From assembly GCA_050575255.1 (NCBI GenBank), contig JBNZDD010013632.1:2054480-2118479 (forward strand): DNA of 64,000 nucleotides. The letters run 5' to 3'. Each line of letters opens with the position of its first letter. Positions within the stretch are counted from its first letter, which is position 1. The translations under genes were made by a program, and so were the position numbers. This document shows, piece after piece, positions 39,460 to 52,755 of this stretch. Source of the DNA: Harriotta raleighana (taxonomy: Eukaryota). The notes beneath the pieces were generated by a model. That model was not told the origin of the DNA and searched no databases. It was given only the letters and a program-made list of their open reading frames with translations.

Positions 39460-41039
39460 CTCAAAATACTATAGGTATTCAAGAACCTTTTCTATGTTGA
39501 TGCACCCTACAGGGAGGGAGGGAGCAAGGCAAAAGGATTGTGGGATGGAGTTCCAAATAGTGGGGGCAGAGAGGCTAAAAGCATAGCCACCAGTAAAGTG
39601 TTTCACAGAATAAACTGCAAAGTGAATTGACTGTATTTTGTGGATGAAACGTACCAACTGATTGTGCACAGCAGTGTCCCATAAACAGTCATGGATGGAG
39701 TGTCCAATTTTTAAAAAAAAAAAATATTTTTGAAGAAATTATTACAGTAGTAAGATCGTATTTAAGAATTGGCTAAATTCCTGACGCTCTGAAATGTTAC
39801 ATAAATAGAGTAATTCTACACCCAGGTGGAAATTTGACTCCTGAGTGACAATGATTAATCTAATGCAGTGGTTGTTTGTATTATATCATTACATGAGCTG
39901 GAAGCAGTTTAGAAATAAAATAACTGCAGCACTGAGCATCATGTCGCTGGGGGTATTCATGCATGGCTGGAGATACCTTTGGTTCGCTGGTCCCTACTCC
40001 AGCTGTTCTTTTTAATCTAGCTTTAGTGAAGCAGTTTATCTCCAAACTCCCCCAGAGACGTTCTCCATTAATTCAATGAGCTTTGCTAATGGGGAAAACC
40101 TTTTTTCTACAACAACTTCAAAAGGCAAAGCAGTTCACTGAAGTCGGTGTTATATCCCTTCAGTGAATTGTGCTGCTTTACCCCCGGGGGAGCTTTGCTA
40201 GCTTTGATAGTTTGGCTGATGTTTGGGATTATTTGGTGTAGGAAGGCTGAACACCAGACAGAAATACTGCTCCGTACTGAAGAGTGCAGGAAAGGTTCCA
40301 TTATTACATCGTTAGGACACAGAAAGCAATGGTGCGGTGATGACTCTCCAGGGTAATTTGTCCCAAATTGCAGAGCTGGGCTAGCAACGGAATCTCAAAA
40401 TGACCATCGGAGCCAAAGAGTGAACGAGAAGATATGGAATGAAAATGATTTCCCTTTTGCTGTTTTCTCGCTTGAGATTGGCCACTGGAATACATTGAGA
40501 AGATAAGATAAGCTGCGCTGGGCAGCCATAAATTGTGGCAGAAATCATACATCAACTCTGGCTTCAAAATCATTCATGGATAGTGTTTGGCTCTGCAGAA
40601 TATTTGTACCTTGCTAGAAATGCAATGTTCCTCAACATTTATTTGCTTATTCACCTCAATGTTTTTGACTCAAAATCAAACTGAAATCCACTTAGAACTG
40701 TTACTAGGTGCATGTGATCGCAATGTGTTCGAACATCTATTTGCCTCTCTAAAAAAAACAAATGTCGCTTACACTTGACAGTGCTTCTTAAGAAGGGAGG
40801 CAAGTTTAAATATATGGCACAAGAATAAATAGATGCAATTTTATTAATCCGGAGGTGGGTAGGTGGGGCACAACCATGTAAAAGGTGGGATAAAATACCA
40901 AAATACACTGACATTGGTGAAATTTATCATGCAATTATTTTTATAGGCACAAACGTGAAGTTCTAAGCGAGGTGTTTGAAGAATGAACTACAATAGGACA
41001 TTGTCCTATATTAGACTCCCTGCTGTGATAGAAACCCTC

Positions 41040-41304
41040 TTCAAACCCTCTGCCCCCGCACACTGGAACTTTATCCCACAGTCCCTTCACCTCGCTCTCG
41101 CCCTCACCTCCTTCAAGGCAAGACCCTTCTCTTCGACCATGCCTTCTGCTTCCTTCCCAACTCTCTCCCTCCCACTCCTCACTCTCCCACCCCTCCCCCT
41201 TACTCTGCCCCTATCCCTTGCTCGGATGCCGACCTGACTGTTCAGCGCCTTGGGATGTCCTCCCAATGTGAAAGGCGCTCTATAAATGTAATTTTGTTGT
41301 TGTT
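41040..41304 (+). mobile_element. L2 LINE 3' end
   Basis: APAHWNFIPQSLHLALALTSFKA (L2 AP.LWN.LP motif) plus tail gtgaaaggcgctctataaatgtaattttgttgttg. Confidence 0.85.
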
Positions 41305-42221
41305 AAATCATGAACATTCACTGGGGAAGGATTTCTTCACAAGGTGTGTGTTTTCTTTAAATTAAGACACAATGCTCTTATTCAACAGATTTGACATATC
41401 CTTCAGCATTCTACAAGTTACTAACAAAGCGAGTGCATGAGTACAATGACTTTCAGCTCTGCCATTGCTTGCAATGGATGAAAACAATTTCTGATATTAG
41501 ACTCCCTTTGCAGGTGCGTCACTTACATGGGGAAAATAGTCCCAATTATTTTGGAGTCGGAGTATTATTGGCATGCGATCTGCTAATGTTTATTTTATTT
41601 GGCTCTTGATGTGATCTCCGCAAGTAAATAACACCCTGACCACCCGCTTCCTCACTTGCTCCCACTACTAAAGGAAATTAGTTTTGCAGCAGTTTTAGAT
41701 GCACAAAGCACTGAAGAACTCAAAATCATTCGGTCACTTCATTAGCAGTCGTATATTGCTTAGACAGTGATTAGCATTTCATGAACTTTAGTCGAGAGTT
41801 TTCATTATATTTCAGGCAGCTGGTGGAAACTGCTCAGCACGATAATGATTCAGATCAAAGCATTGGTTGACATGGCAGCCTTTTAGCCAACAGATTGCTG
41901 AATCCTTATAATTTTTTAATATATCCTAACAAATGATGTGGTTCAGAATGGTTGAGTCGTGGAAGGTTATTTCATGCAAATTGAATATTATCAGTCGCAA
42001 GACTGAGAATTTGGATTGCATGAAGTATTGGCTTTAATTTCAACTTCAAATACCCACAAATTTCACAGATTTTATTAAAACCTGCCTGACCTAATTTGAA
42101 TGATCTTGACCTCTTATGACGGCAGCTGGGTTTCAATCCAATTATTACTATTCCTCTGAAAACTATCTCACATCATCGCTTTCAGTTGTGATTTCCTCAG
42201 CTTGGTTTGAATACTCTAAAG

Positions 42222-42821
42222 CAGTGGCTTCCAAACTTTAAATAGCTTTGCTTCCTCCCACCCATTCCCCCCAACTCAGCAAAGTTTTCATTGCACCCCT
42301 CGACCCCTCCCTTCTTCACATTGAATAATTTCCACAAATGATAACAGCAAATTCAATATTTTCTTTACCTGTTTTTAAATCCGTTTTCTTAAAGTACTAT
42401 ATTAACAAAAAACATTAAATTGTTAAAAATTTTAATTAAAACAAAAAAATTCTTAAAATTGGGAAACCAATTACTTACATTTACAATTTACAACAATTAG
42501 AATTTGTTAGTGTGATGTTTAAGATTGCTTTTCAGCGCAATATTTCTCCCTGACTGCCTGCCCAGTTCACTCACTCGCTCCCTGACTGCTTGCCCGGCTC
42601 ACCCACTCGCTGCTGGTCTCACTCCCTGCTGGCCTGCCTCACTCTCTCGCTGCCATCCTGGCGCCGTCGCGACCCTTTTTCACCCGCTGGCGAACGATAT
42701 ATTAGCGAATGTTGCAACGTTAAGCGGGGTTTACTTGTAACAGGAACAATAACGGCTGCATCCCCCACCCAACAGTACGTGCCCCCCAAGGGAGGTGCTC
42801 CCTACAGTTTGGAAACCATTG
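42222..42821. mobile_element. hAT (Charlie-like) non-autonomous element, 600 bp
   Basis: TIRs cagtggcttccaaact / agtttggaaaccattg; 8-bp TSD ctctaaag (42214-42221) / ctctgaag (42822-42829), 7 of 8 identical. Confidence 0.85.
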
Positions 42822-43111
42822 CTCTGAAGCATGGTCAGATATCTGGCTGATTAAAACAAAATAGTGATGTCCATAACTCCAGGATATGGCAACTATTTAG
42901 GGCATTTGACTACATCAAAAACACCTGCACTCTATTTAGAAGCTAGAACTCTTGCCTCTCTGTCAAGTTGTCATGTCGGGACTTTGAACTACAATAGATT
43001 AGACAATACATTGCAGAGCTGGGGAGGTGCACTGAATTGTTGAAGCTGCCATCCTTTGGAACTAAGGTACTATCTCTCTGTGAAGGTAGGGGTTAAACAT
43101 CAATGACATTA

Positions 43112-43854
43112 CAGTAAAACCTCGTTTACCCATGACTCGAATAATCGGAAAACCCGTTCAACCGCCACCTCAAAAAAAAGTCCCAGTCCGACTAACCGGA
43201 AGTTATCCGGCAATGGTTTGAATATCGGGTTTAAACTCGTTCCGGTCCTTTTAAAACTCACAGTTTTTATTTTACCTCATTCGAATGGATGAGTGCCTGG
43301 TCCTTGGGAAGGTAAGTTAAATATTGCTATGGGTAGCGGCCAGAGAGGGGGGGGGAAAGGAAGGAGAGGAAACGGAGAGAGAGAGGGAAGGGGGTGGAAT
43401 GGAGAGAAAGAAAGGGGGGGGAATGAGATATGGGGAAAGGGAGAGAGAGAGATAGAGAGGAAAGGGTGGGGCGGGATAGAATTTATATGATGGATTCAGA
43501 CTGAATATCTTTGAGGGTCTGTATCTATCTGTGTATGTGTCTGTCTATGTGTGTCTGTCAGTGTGTGTGCTGGCCGTTAGGTCAAAAACTCGTTGCTTTT
43601 TAAACTCGCGTTTTTTACCTCCCATTGAATCAGTGCTGCAATTCCGAAGTTAAGTATAAATAATTATGTACTAATAGACTATTCTGTTATTATTTAGTCC
43701 ATTATTAATATGGTATGTGTTAAAATAATTTTTACTTTTTTTGAAAATAAAAATTATATATAATATTTTTTAAAATGTAATCCGTTCAACTGGAAAAAAC
43801 ATTTAACCGCCACTGGCCGGGTCCCGTGGGTGCCGGATAAACGAGGTTTTACTG
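43112..43854 (+). mobile_element. MITE family A, long copy, inserted into a Deu-domain SINE (about 42980-43111 and 43857-44000)
   Basis: TA|cagtaaaacctcgttta ... taaacgaggttttactg|TA with perfect 17-bp TIRs. The flanks rejoin as atgacatTAtttaagaagagaagggagttt, which is Deu-domain sequence. Confidence 0.9.
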
Positions 43855-44904
43855 TATTTAAGAAGAGAAGGGAGTTTCTTCCAGTATTCTGGCTAAGAAT
43901 TCTCCGCTAATATTCGTCATTCTATTCATGGCTATTTGTGGGTCGTTGGTCTGCATCCATTAGCAGTGACATTCACCTACATTCATTACACATTAAAGTA
44001 AATCAGCTACTGCTAACATGGAATCTCCCAAAACAAACAGACGCACAAGGCACATTGAGATGTAAACTGGTAAGATTCATGGTCTAGGCAGACAGATGTA
44101 GAGCAGAACAGAGGGTGAAATGCACATTAAAACAATTAACACCAGAAAAGTCAAATTTGCCAATGTTTACATTCCCAGGAGCAGAGAGACAAGTAACAGA
44201 AAAGCTTAGACTCTGGCCTTGATCTGTTGCACATTAAAAGTGAAGGTCGCAAGTAAACATATTGTCCTAGTGATTTGGGGAGCAACAGATGGAGCTGAAA
44301 TTAGTTTTTATAATAACTCTATGAATCACACTGAGCCTGCAAATTTTAAAAGAAACATAGAGCCATTTAGCCAGAGTGGTTTAGGTTAACAGTAATGGTA
44401 GTGCATAGCATTGAATTCAAATTGATAGTACATTGTAAATAATTGCAATGTATTTACTGTAAGTATAAGTAATTGATACTGTATTTTCAACAAATGATCT
44501 TTTATGCAACATTTGTCTTTCACCTGCAGATGGCAACAGCCTGTGCATTTTTTGCTTCTTTTCTTTAAACCACTATAAAACCTTTCCTAAATACTGTCAT
44601 ATAAAAACACTGCAATTCACAGTATGACCTGTGAAGCATTTAAATGTGCATCCATTGTGAAAGGTACCTTTTCAATTGGAAATATAATAACGTGCCAATT
44701 AGCCCTGAAGTAAATTAACTAAAATAGGTATAGACCTGGAGATTCATGTAAGCTAGAATTGTTTTTATTCTGGTAAAGAATGTGTTTAATTTTGACCTGG
44801 AGCTCGAGTTCTGCAGATGTCATTGGGCAGCGACACCTTGCCAGCAGGAGGAACTCTCAAAGCACATCTCAGAGCTTCAAAAAGGTAAGCGTAGAAGCCA
44901 GAGG

Positions 44905-45130
44905 ACCAAGGTTTGATTCCTGGGCAAGTTTCTTTACTCCACACGCCTGATAATAATCCCTCAAAGAAAATTCATTTCAATCCTGTTTGTGAATACTGCT
45001 GTGTGCAATTGGTTGCCGTGTTCGTCCACAAATACATAGTCAATTCACTTTACAGTATATTCTGTGAAGCCTTTTGAGATGTCTAGAAGATGTGAAAAGC
45101 GCTATATCAAATGCAAGGATTACTATCATT
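44905..45130 (+). mobile_element. tRNA-SINE, 5' truncated
   Basis: ggtttgattcctgggcaagtttctttactccacacgcctg ... atcaaatgcaaggattac. Confidence 0.85.
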
Positions 45131-48100
45131 ATATAATAATAACAGCGCCCTCCACACAGGGTAGTGTCTTAGAGCCTCTCAGTACCAAGCTAATGACACA
45201 CAAGTTGGACTTTTTTGTTAGCACTAAAGCAATGGAAACTTGTGTGATGTATTTCCAACATAGTTCAGGGGGAAGTTTCACAGGAGCCCTTAGCAAAGCA
45301 TGCTAATGGTGCCACCCAAAATCATACACTTTCAGAAGTGGAATTTGCTGGTTTACTTATAAGGTGGATATAATAACTCAGTAACATGTTGATTAATCCT
45401 GAAGTCATTGAATTGATGGTATAAACCTGGAGGTTCTTTTCAGCATAAAATACGATTCTTATTTCAGCCGATACACAAATCCCACGGACTGTTTGTTGAG
45501 GATTTTGGACGGCGAACATCCAATAGAAGAGTTACCCACTTCACAGCTGTTGTTGGATTGATTGGCTGATTCCTCCACCTGCAACAGCCTGAGCTGGGAG
45601 CAGAGAGACTCTCGGTTTTGGTTTGATGATGTAAAAGAGGTCTGGTTTACCGGTGCAGAGCAATTTTAGTTTGCTGCCACATTGCATTGAAAGCAAACTT
45701 TGTTTCCTTCAACCTCATCCGTTCTTCTAAAGATCAGTTACTTTATGGTTCATTGATTTTTTCCATAAAGCAGTTGCTTTGTAGCTTTGGCCTTTTGGCA
45801 GCTTTCAAGAACAACTTTAAATAGTTAGTAGTGTCTGATATATGACAATTTCTATTAGGGCTCCTTAATAGGAATCCAATCTGCTTTTGTCGTGGGGTTC
45901 CCTCGGGTCAGAATACATTGCGTTTCCTCCAGTCACTGGAACGAGACCCAACTTGAATTCCTATTTGAGACACGTTTATCTTTTTTTTACTATTGAACAG
46001 TTTTACTTACTGTAATTAATGTAAACCAACCATCTTACATATAGTGAAAATAGTTCAATGATACCTGTAAATGATTTAAACTCAAATAAATCTTTAAACT
46101 ATAATAACATACTGTCAAAACAGTACAATATTATGCTGTGATTGGCAGTGTACTTGGTTTTCGTCAATCAGGATGAAAATATTTAGATTATTACAACCAG
46201 CATATGCCAGCCAGCATTGTATGGACACGGCATATTTTCTCATTGCTGAAGCAGCTTACTTTGTCAAGTGTGATTCAAACAATCATTCATTGATAAACAG
46301 AGGATGTTTAACACATCCCTGCCACTCGGGTTGTGCCAGATGTTTATCTGCTTTTGAAGGATGATGTGGAGGGTCACTTTCTGACACCAGTTTCCTCTCA
46401 CTTGTGGGAATGCATATGTTAGTTGGCTGACAGCAAATCATGCTTTTGTCAAGGGTTTTAGTCAAGGTCGCAAACTCTCCTGCATAAAAACAATAGTCGT
46501 TGAACAGCAACATTGAATCTAATTGAATGCAAACAGTAAAATTAGTGTCTTGAAAGTAGGGCATTTAATTAAAGTTTCAAATTAATGGCCGAGTTATGCT
46601 GTTGGAAGCAAAGTAAAGAGATTGTGAGCAGAGATGCCCCAATCTATTCTCCCACATCTTTCACTCCCACATACATTTGTCAGGGTTGAGAATAGTTCTG
46701 CAGGCTATGATTCTAGTACCATATTTGTTGTAAACTCAGAGATGGCATTGACTACAGCTCCACCAAAGCTACTTGATGGTATAGAATCGCCACTGGCATA
46801 ATTGCCAAGTGTGCTATATATTTGCTGCAGCTGATGGAGACTATCTTATTGATCATATTCCTTCCATATGATAAAGCACCTTATCACATGATTGAGCTTC
46901 ACAAGATATACTGTAAATTGCTGAGATAGCATATGCTTGTGGGTGATGGCCAATAATGCAGGAGCATCACACACTGGATTTCAAAGAGCCTTATCAGGGT
47001 TGCCTATAACAATCGTGTGACCTATTTTAAAGGTTGCATTAATTCACCTTGTCAATCGGGATCACTGCAGCACTGTAAGTGTGAATGCAGTGCTGAGAAC
47101 TTTGTATTTAACGGTATCACAACAATGGACATTTAATTTTGCCCATTTTTCACGTGGTCCAGTTCTTGTTTCGCACCCAACTTATGCTCTACTTGAAATG
47201 TACATCTTGCCATCAATAACCATTAAAATATAATTAAAATAAATTAGGATCATCTTCAACATCCTGTTCTCTGTCGAACATTTTTCCTCAAATACTGACT
47301 GCCGATAACATGATTAAGAAGTCTGGGAGGGAGGTGTTAATGAGCGTAACAGAGTTAGGGAGCCAAATTAACATATACAATTGAAGTGATAAGATTACTG
47401 AAGAATTCTCCAATGAACTCTGCATGTACCAGTAATAATTCAGCTTTCTCATGCTGTTGAACGCAGTAATTCCTCCAAACCGCAAGTGATGATGAGAAGC
47501 TATCTTTGCTTTTTTTTAATCTCCGAGTCAAATTAGGACCTCAACCATCCATGCAGCATTCAAATCAGCATCGCTGAGTCCTGTAAAGATTCTCTTTTAA
47601 ATGATGTGCAATTGATTCTGGTCCAAAAATAAGCGATATGTTTTGGACAGTGAGCCAGGCATGGTTTGAAGGCATCTATGAGCTGAATTGAAATTCACTG
47701 GATTGCATTGCATACAATTGCAAAAACATGTTTCACTTTTAAAGATGAATGATCATCAGAGGGATTAGACCTGTGGTTTGCAGACTACGCTTGAGAGGAG
47801 GATGGATGGTATTTCAGAACAATGCATGCATTCAGTTCATACACACTCCTGCATCAACATGTCTGCATCTCATTGATCATAGATTTCACAAAGTAAGATT
47901 TAAGGAAAGCTGAGGGAGCATATTTTATATAAAATAAAATCCATTTGCATTCCTTAAATAATTGGAGAGGAATTTGCTAAACATTATTTTCAGCCGTATC
48001 TTAAGCTGTTTTAGGGAGACGTTTTATAGCAGCTTTTCACATGTACGCTGGAACTATTCATTATTCATTCAACTATCAGCATCTTTTAATTTGAGTAACT

Positions 48101-48680
48101 GGAGAATTAGTGTTCAAGTCATACCATAAATCTACTGTTATTATTGAGGGATAAGGTGTTTGAATTAACCGGAATGACTGGTGGGCTGCAGGTTATACTG
48201 GTGGGCTACAGGTTACAGTAGTAGACATTCTCCAAGCAGTCATTGCAAGTTTCAAAAAAATGTGGTGGTGGGGGGTGCTGGTTTTGGGAGGAAGCACATT
48301 TTATTCATGAAGATGGTATCAATTAATGAAATCTCAAGCTGATTTCCATTTGTCCTTAAGGAGCTGTCCTTCATCATGGTGGTAGGAATCCTTTTCTAGA
48401 GGGGCAATGTCTCAGTATGTTGTGTGTTTTGCTGTAATATTAAATTACATTTCTACTGGCGTTCAATTCGATTTTCTATAGGTTTACACTCGATTTGGTA
48501 TATCAGGTTACTACATACTGCATCATACCTGTTTTTGCGGGGTTGTCGTCCTGTTTTCTGTTAAACGTAGCAAACAGTAGCATGATTTGTCTCTCCAAGA
48601 ATACCTTTACAATCCATGTGGATAGCATAGTGCCCATGGGTTAAGTGCCTGACTTCATTCCTTCATTTCTGCTCCATTTG

Positions 48681-48725
48681 AAGACAAGAAAATAATGCAA
48701 AACCCTCATCTCAAATGACTTTATT
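48681..48725 (-). terminator. Candidate polyadenylation signal with downstream U/GU-rich element
   Basis: AATAAA (tttatt at 48720-48725 on +), then gttttgcattattttcttgtctt about 20-40 nt further along the minus strand. Confidence 0.4.
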
Positions 48726-51700
48726 TGCAAAGTGGCATATGCAGATTAATGACACAAAAAGTTTAAAGGTAAATATACCAGGAGTGCAATAAGAAAGCGA
48801 CTGCATCCTTGCATGCTAGAGAAAACAAAAAACACACATAATAATGAGCTCAAAGGTTGTTCTAAATTACAGTGCTGAAAAAACGCAAGCTTACACAAAC
48901 ACTTTTCATAGCCTTTACAATCACGTAATACTGAAAGGTAGTGTAAAATAGCTATTCTCAGTAGAATTTTTGGCCTCTTCTTTCATAAAATCCATCTATA
49001 AGACCTCAAAAATATTCATTTTGCACATCATATAATCTTTCAAAACCTTAATACTGTATTCACCCAAAATATGTCATTTAACATCAATGGCTCATGAACA
49101 AAGTTGTTAAATTTTGTTTCCTTCTGTTTTTGAAGCCAAACACAAATCTAATTTACAATCCATCTGTTAAATTTATTTGACTCATTGAATTTGGAATAAA
49201 AATCACATGGAAACCAGCATTATGTACTGTAAATACTCAATTACAAAGTGATAGATCCATCACAACTCCTCCTGCCAGCTGTTTTAACTCAGAAACTGGA
49301 AGTTTTCTCTTCCAGGTGCAGCACAAGAGTTAAGATTGACAGCTGAACTGTAAACATTGTGAGAATATAAGGGCCGGAAGAGTTCAGTGGTCCTTAAATA
49401 CACAACATCTTGGCAGTACCACGACAATGTAAATTCCTGCTGGAGCACCATCCTGACAGCTTTTATATGGACACGATGAGACTTAAGCCTTGACAGCATG
49501 AAATACATTAGGTTTAATCAGTCGTTTTGCAAAATTGTAGTTTGCACACTTTATTACTCCATATAAACTGTCTGTGTGACCTTCACATTAACATGACAGG
49601 CAGACAAGCTCTGTTGTACTACCTATGGTTGTTTGTTATTTTGTTGCTGTTTGTTCTACCATCAAATGAAATCAGACGTCATTTGGTTTTGTCCTGGTGC
49701 TTGTATTGCAAACCAACAATGATCAGGCATCCACTAGAGTCCATTCCGTTTAATTATAGAACAATTTGAAGTAGTCTTTATTGATAGTGACGAATGAGCA
49801 GAATTGTGGAGCATTCCAGTTCCCAACGTAAACCTCAGTTGGGTATTGAAGACAATGGTTCTTTTAATGGCTGAGGTAGAGAACCTTGAGTTTTGTATGT
49901 TTACATCTGTTTGTTCCTTATTTGCCAATTTTGTGAAAGTCTGTGGCTGAGTTGAATAATCACTTGTACAAAACCTACATTTGTCATTCTTATTTGTTGA
50001 TCTTACAATAACAAAATTTGGCAATTTAATTATGTTATAAATATGATCCCATCTCTCAGTAGCTAATCTTTTTGAACCGTGCTCTGACTACAAGGGGAAG
50101 TCAAATGTTTGGGCATTGCAGAACCCCAAAATGTGTATGGTTCTTGCACCAGAAACATACCAAATGTTCTCTCTGCCCTGGCTGAGCACTGCAATGTGTA
50201 ATGTTGAACAATACATGAATATCAGTTTGCCTTTACAGCTGTCCATATACAGTACACTCTGCTGGAACTCTGTTGGCATATTCAAAGGCTCAGAATATTG
50301 GATTGACCCATAATACATTTGCCAATATCAATATGATATGTTTATAGATGGACATTCAGTTTGAACAGTATATATATTTTTACAGATATATCTTTCTATA
50401 TATAACTCTGAATTGTCAGCACTACATAAATATGCCTATAACTAGCTTTGGTTTATTTAATTCATTTTCTTTAGAGAGTACTGTAATTAAAAGTAGAATT
50501 TTTTAAAATTTTCATTTTACGCCATGTTCATTACATAATTTTAAAAACTTTTTTATGCAGTTTAATCATATTTTTAAAGCATAAATGGAAGCAATAAAAC
50601 AATTGTATTGTTTGATAATGGACAGCACATCAATAATTGATGCAAATCTCTACAGAGGCGTAATGGAAAATTTGTACAGAAAGCAAAATAATTTTTGAAA
50701 TATTTAAATGCTAAATATCAATTTTATTGGTGCAGAAGAAACCTGATGGATGTGCCAATATATTCACTCATGCAGCGAATGAGAGCACTGTTCCAACTGT
50801 GCTCTATGTGGCAGAACTGAATTCAGTTTCAATTCTTTTTAATACTGTGTGATGTATTAGATCAATGCTGTTATTCTGATTTAGACAATATGCCTCAAGC
50901 TGCATTAGAAATGACCTTTTTAAGATTCTGCACAACGATATCTTTCCAAGTTCTACCTCCTGATTGCCTGTCTGCAAATAACACATAACTCCTGCAATAT
51001 TAAATCCATCTTAGAAACACAGGGAGAAACAATCATTTGAATTTCATCATAAACTCAAAATTGACTAATATTACATGAATGCATTCAGCCTGAAAAATAT
51101 GAGCTCTTGCAATTCCCTGACAATTATAATCCTTTCACTTTAAAGTTGCAGTGTTTACTATTATTGAAAAGCACATTCGTAAAATTTTGCAGCAACTGCA
51201 TTTCTCTAAACTAGCGTTTTTATTAAAAAATACTTCAGAAGTAAATTTTTTTGTAGAAATAACTAAGGATAAGCATTTCTAAACCATCTTGTAAAAGAAT
51301 GAGGTGTCATTCTTTTCATACATGACATCCCCATGATATTCCATATTATGCTGAGAGTTTATATCGCTGGGGTTTAAAGGCAGTGAGGAGGAATGGTATA
51401 GGTGGCAGTGGAGTTCAAACTAGACAGAGAAGTGCTTCTAAAACCACTGCTCTGCTGATATCCATAGTTGCTTGCAACTGAGTTTTGGTGAAGTGATGGA
51501 GAGTTAAGAGAATAGTATGAATGAAGATGTCTCTGTGGATTGAAAACCGGATGTTCGATGAATAACATCTTTCTAACTTCTGTTGAGAGTTTAGTTTTTG
51601 TTATTTTTAAACGTCATTCTTGTTACTGTTCGAGGTCCTAAATCAGTCTCTATGTGTCTTCACCTTCCTTCATCTTTGCAGACTTTTAAGCGGATATGCA

Positions 51701-51997
51701 GTGTTAGTTGTGGGACACTTCATACAACAGATTTGTATACAGTCGTCTTGAAATCCCAATTTCTCTTTGTTCCGTGTTGTGCAATATCAGGAAATGTTCA
51801 GTTATTGATAAAGATTTCATGAGTCAAGTTTGCTGTAAAGATCAAGTACAGTAGGGTACACCTAGACCTGTGGTAATTCTGAAGCAGTGTGTTTTGGAAT
51901 GTTTGATACTATATGAACATACAATGCAATATTAGTTTTTTTTTAAAAAGCTGTCTTATGTACAGTGTAATATGGATGTTTCCGCCACTGGGCCTTT
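48700..51997 (-). other. KLHL4: Probable KLHL4 3' UTR (about 3.3 kb; end point tentative)
   Basis: AT-rich stretch after the stop codon with no recognisable SINE/LINE. Several minus-strand AATAAA hexamers occur; the distal one at 48720-48725 is followed by a U/GU-rich element. Confidence 0.5.
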
Positions 51998-52057
51998 TCA
52001 TGGCAGTTTAACTACGACAATGCAAGCCCCAGCTCTTCCAATGTTGAGAGGCACCTC
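51998..52057 (-). CDS. KLHL4: KLHL4 last coding exon (60 nt including TGA stop); absent from the ORF track
   Basis: Acceptor ttttctgcctgcag|GAG. Translates EVPLNIGRAGACIVVVKLP*, matching the KLHL4 C-terminus as I recall it (EVPVNIGRAGACVVVVKLP). Confidence 0.95.
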   Translation of the reverse strand, partial: EVPLNIGRAGACIVVVKLP

Positions 52058-52067
52058 CTGCAGGCAG

Positions 52068-52450
52068 AAAACAACAATTATACCTTCATATTGAGTGTTT
52101 CACATTAAGAGCATGTCCCAAAGAGCTTCAAATAATCGACTGGGATTTGTTGGTGGGGGGGTGTGGGGGTGGGGGGGGGAAATCTGAGGGAATGGTGATC
52201 AAAAAGTGCAGTTGAAAAGAAAGCTCTCAGGAGAAGCTTTAAAGTTGGGGAGGGAGGGACTCAAGAATGGGGTGCCAGAGAGGGACAAGGTGTCTGAAAG
52301 CTCACCCACATATAGTGGGGCGGATTGTGCAGTGGATATGAAGCAGGCTGGTGTTTGCTGAATGAAGGGCTGGAAGTGCTGGAGCAGGGCATAGAGATTG
52401 GGTGGGGTAAGGCTGTGGAGAGATTTGAAAGCAAAGACAAGGATCTTCAA
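52068..52450 (-). mobile_element. L2 LINE 3' fragment in the last KLHL4 intron, sense to the gene
   Basis: KILVFAFKSLHSLTPPNL (L2 ORF2 motif KIL...FK.LH.L.P.YL), a C-rich UTR, and the tail tgggacatgctcttaatgtgaaacactcaatatgaaggtataattgttg. Confidence 0.8.
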
Positions 52451-52755
52451 CTAAGAACATCTCAATCAATAAAACCATTCTCAACAAGATCAATCTAAAA
52501 TCTTGCAATTATAAATTTATGAGGGGTATCAATCGAGCGCAGGCTGAGTATTTTGAAAATAGACATATTCGAGCCATGACAATGCATGTAGTTTTTTGAA
52601 TCTGGGATTGGATGTCACAAATCAACTGCTGAGCTGATCTTTCATGGTACAATATTGTTGCCTACGATTCTCTTTTTCTCTCTCTCTTCTATGTAACACT
52701 TTCTGCTTTTTATTTAAATATCTGCAAATGCATTCCGCATTCTGTTTGGTCTTAC

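Noticed and set aside
44523-44537. CTCF-like motif cctgcagatggcaac
   Set aside because: A single partial motif match is expected by chance in 64 kb.
51374-51580. Ser-rich ORF in the 3' UTR as an alternative KLHL4 last exon
   Set aside because: No convincing in-frame acceptor with a pyrimidine tract and no recognisable homology; it would need RNA-seq support.
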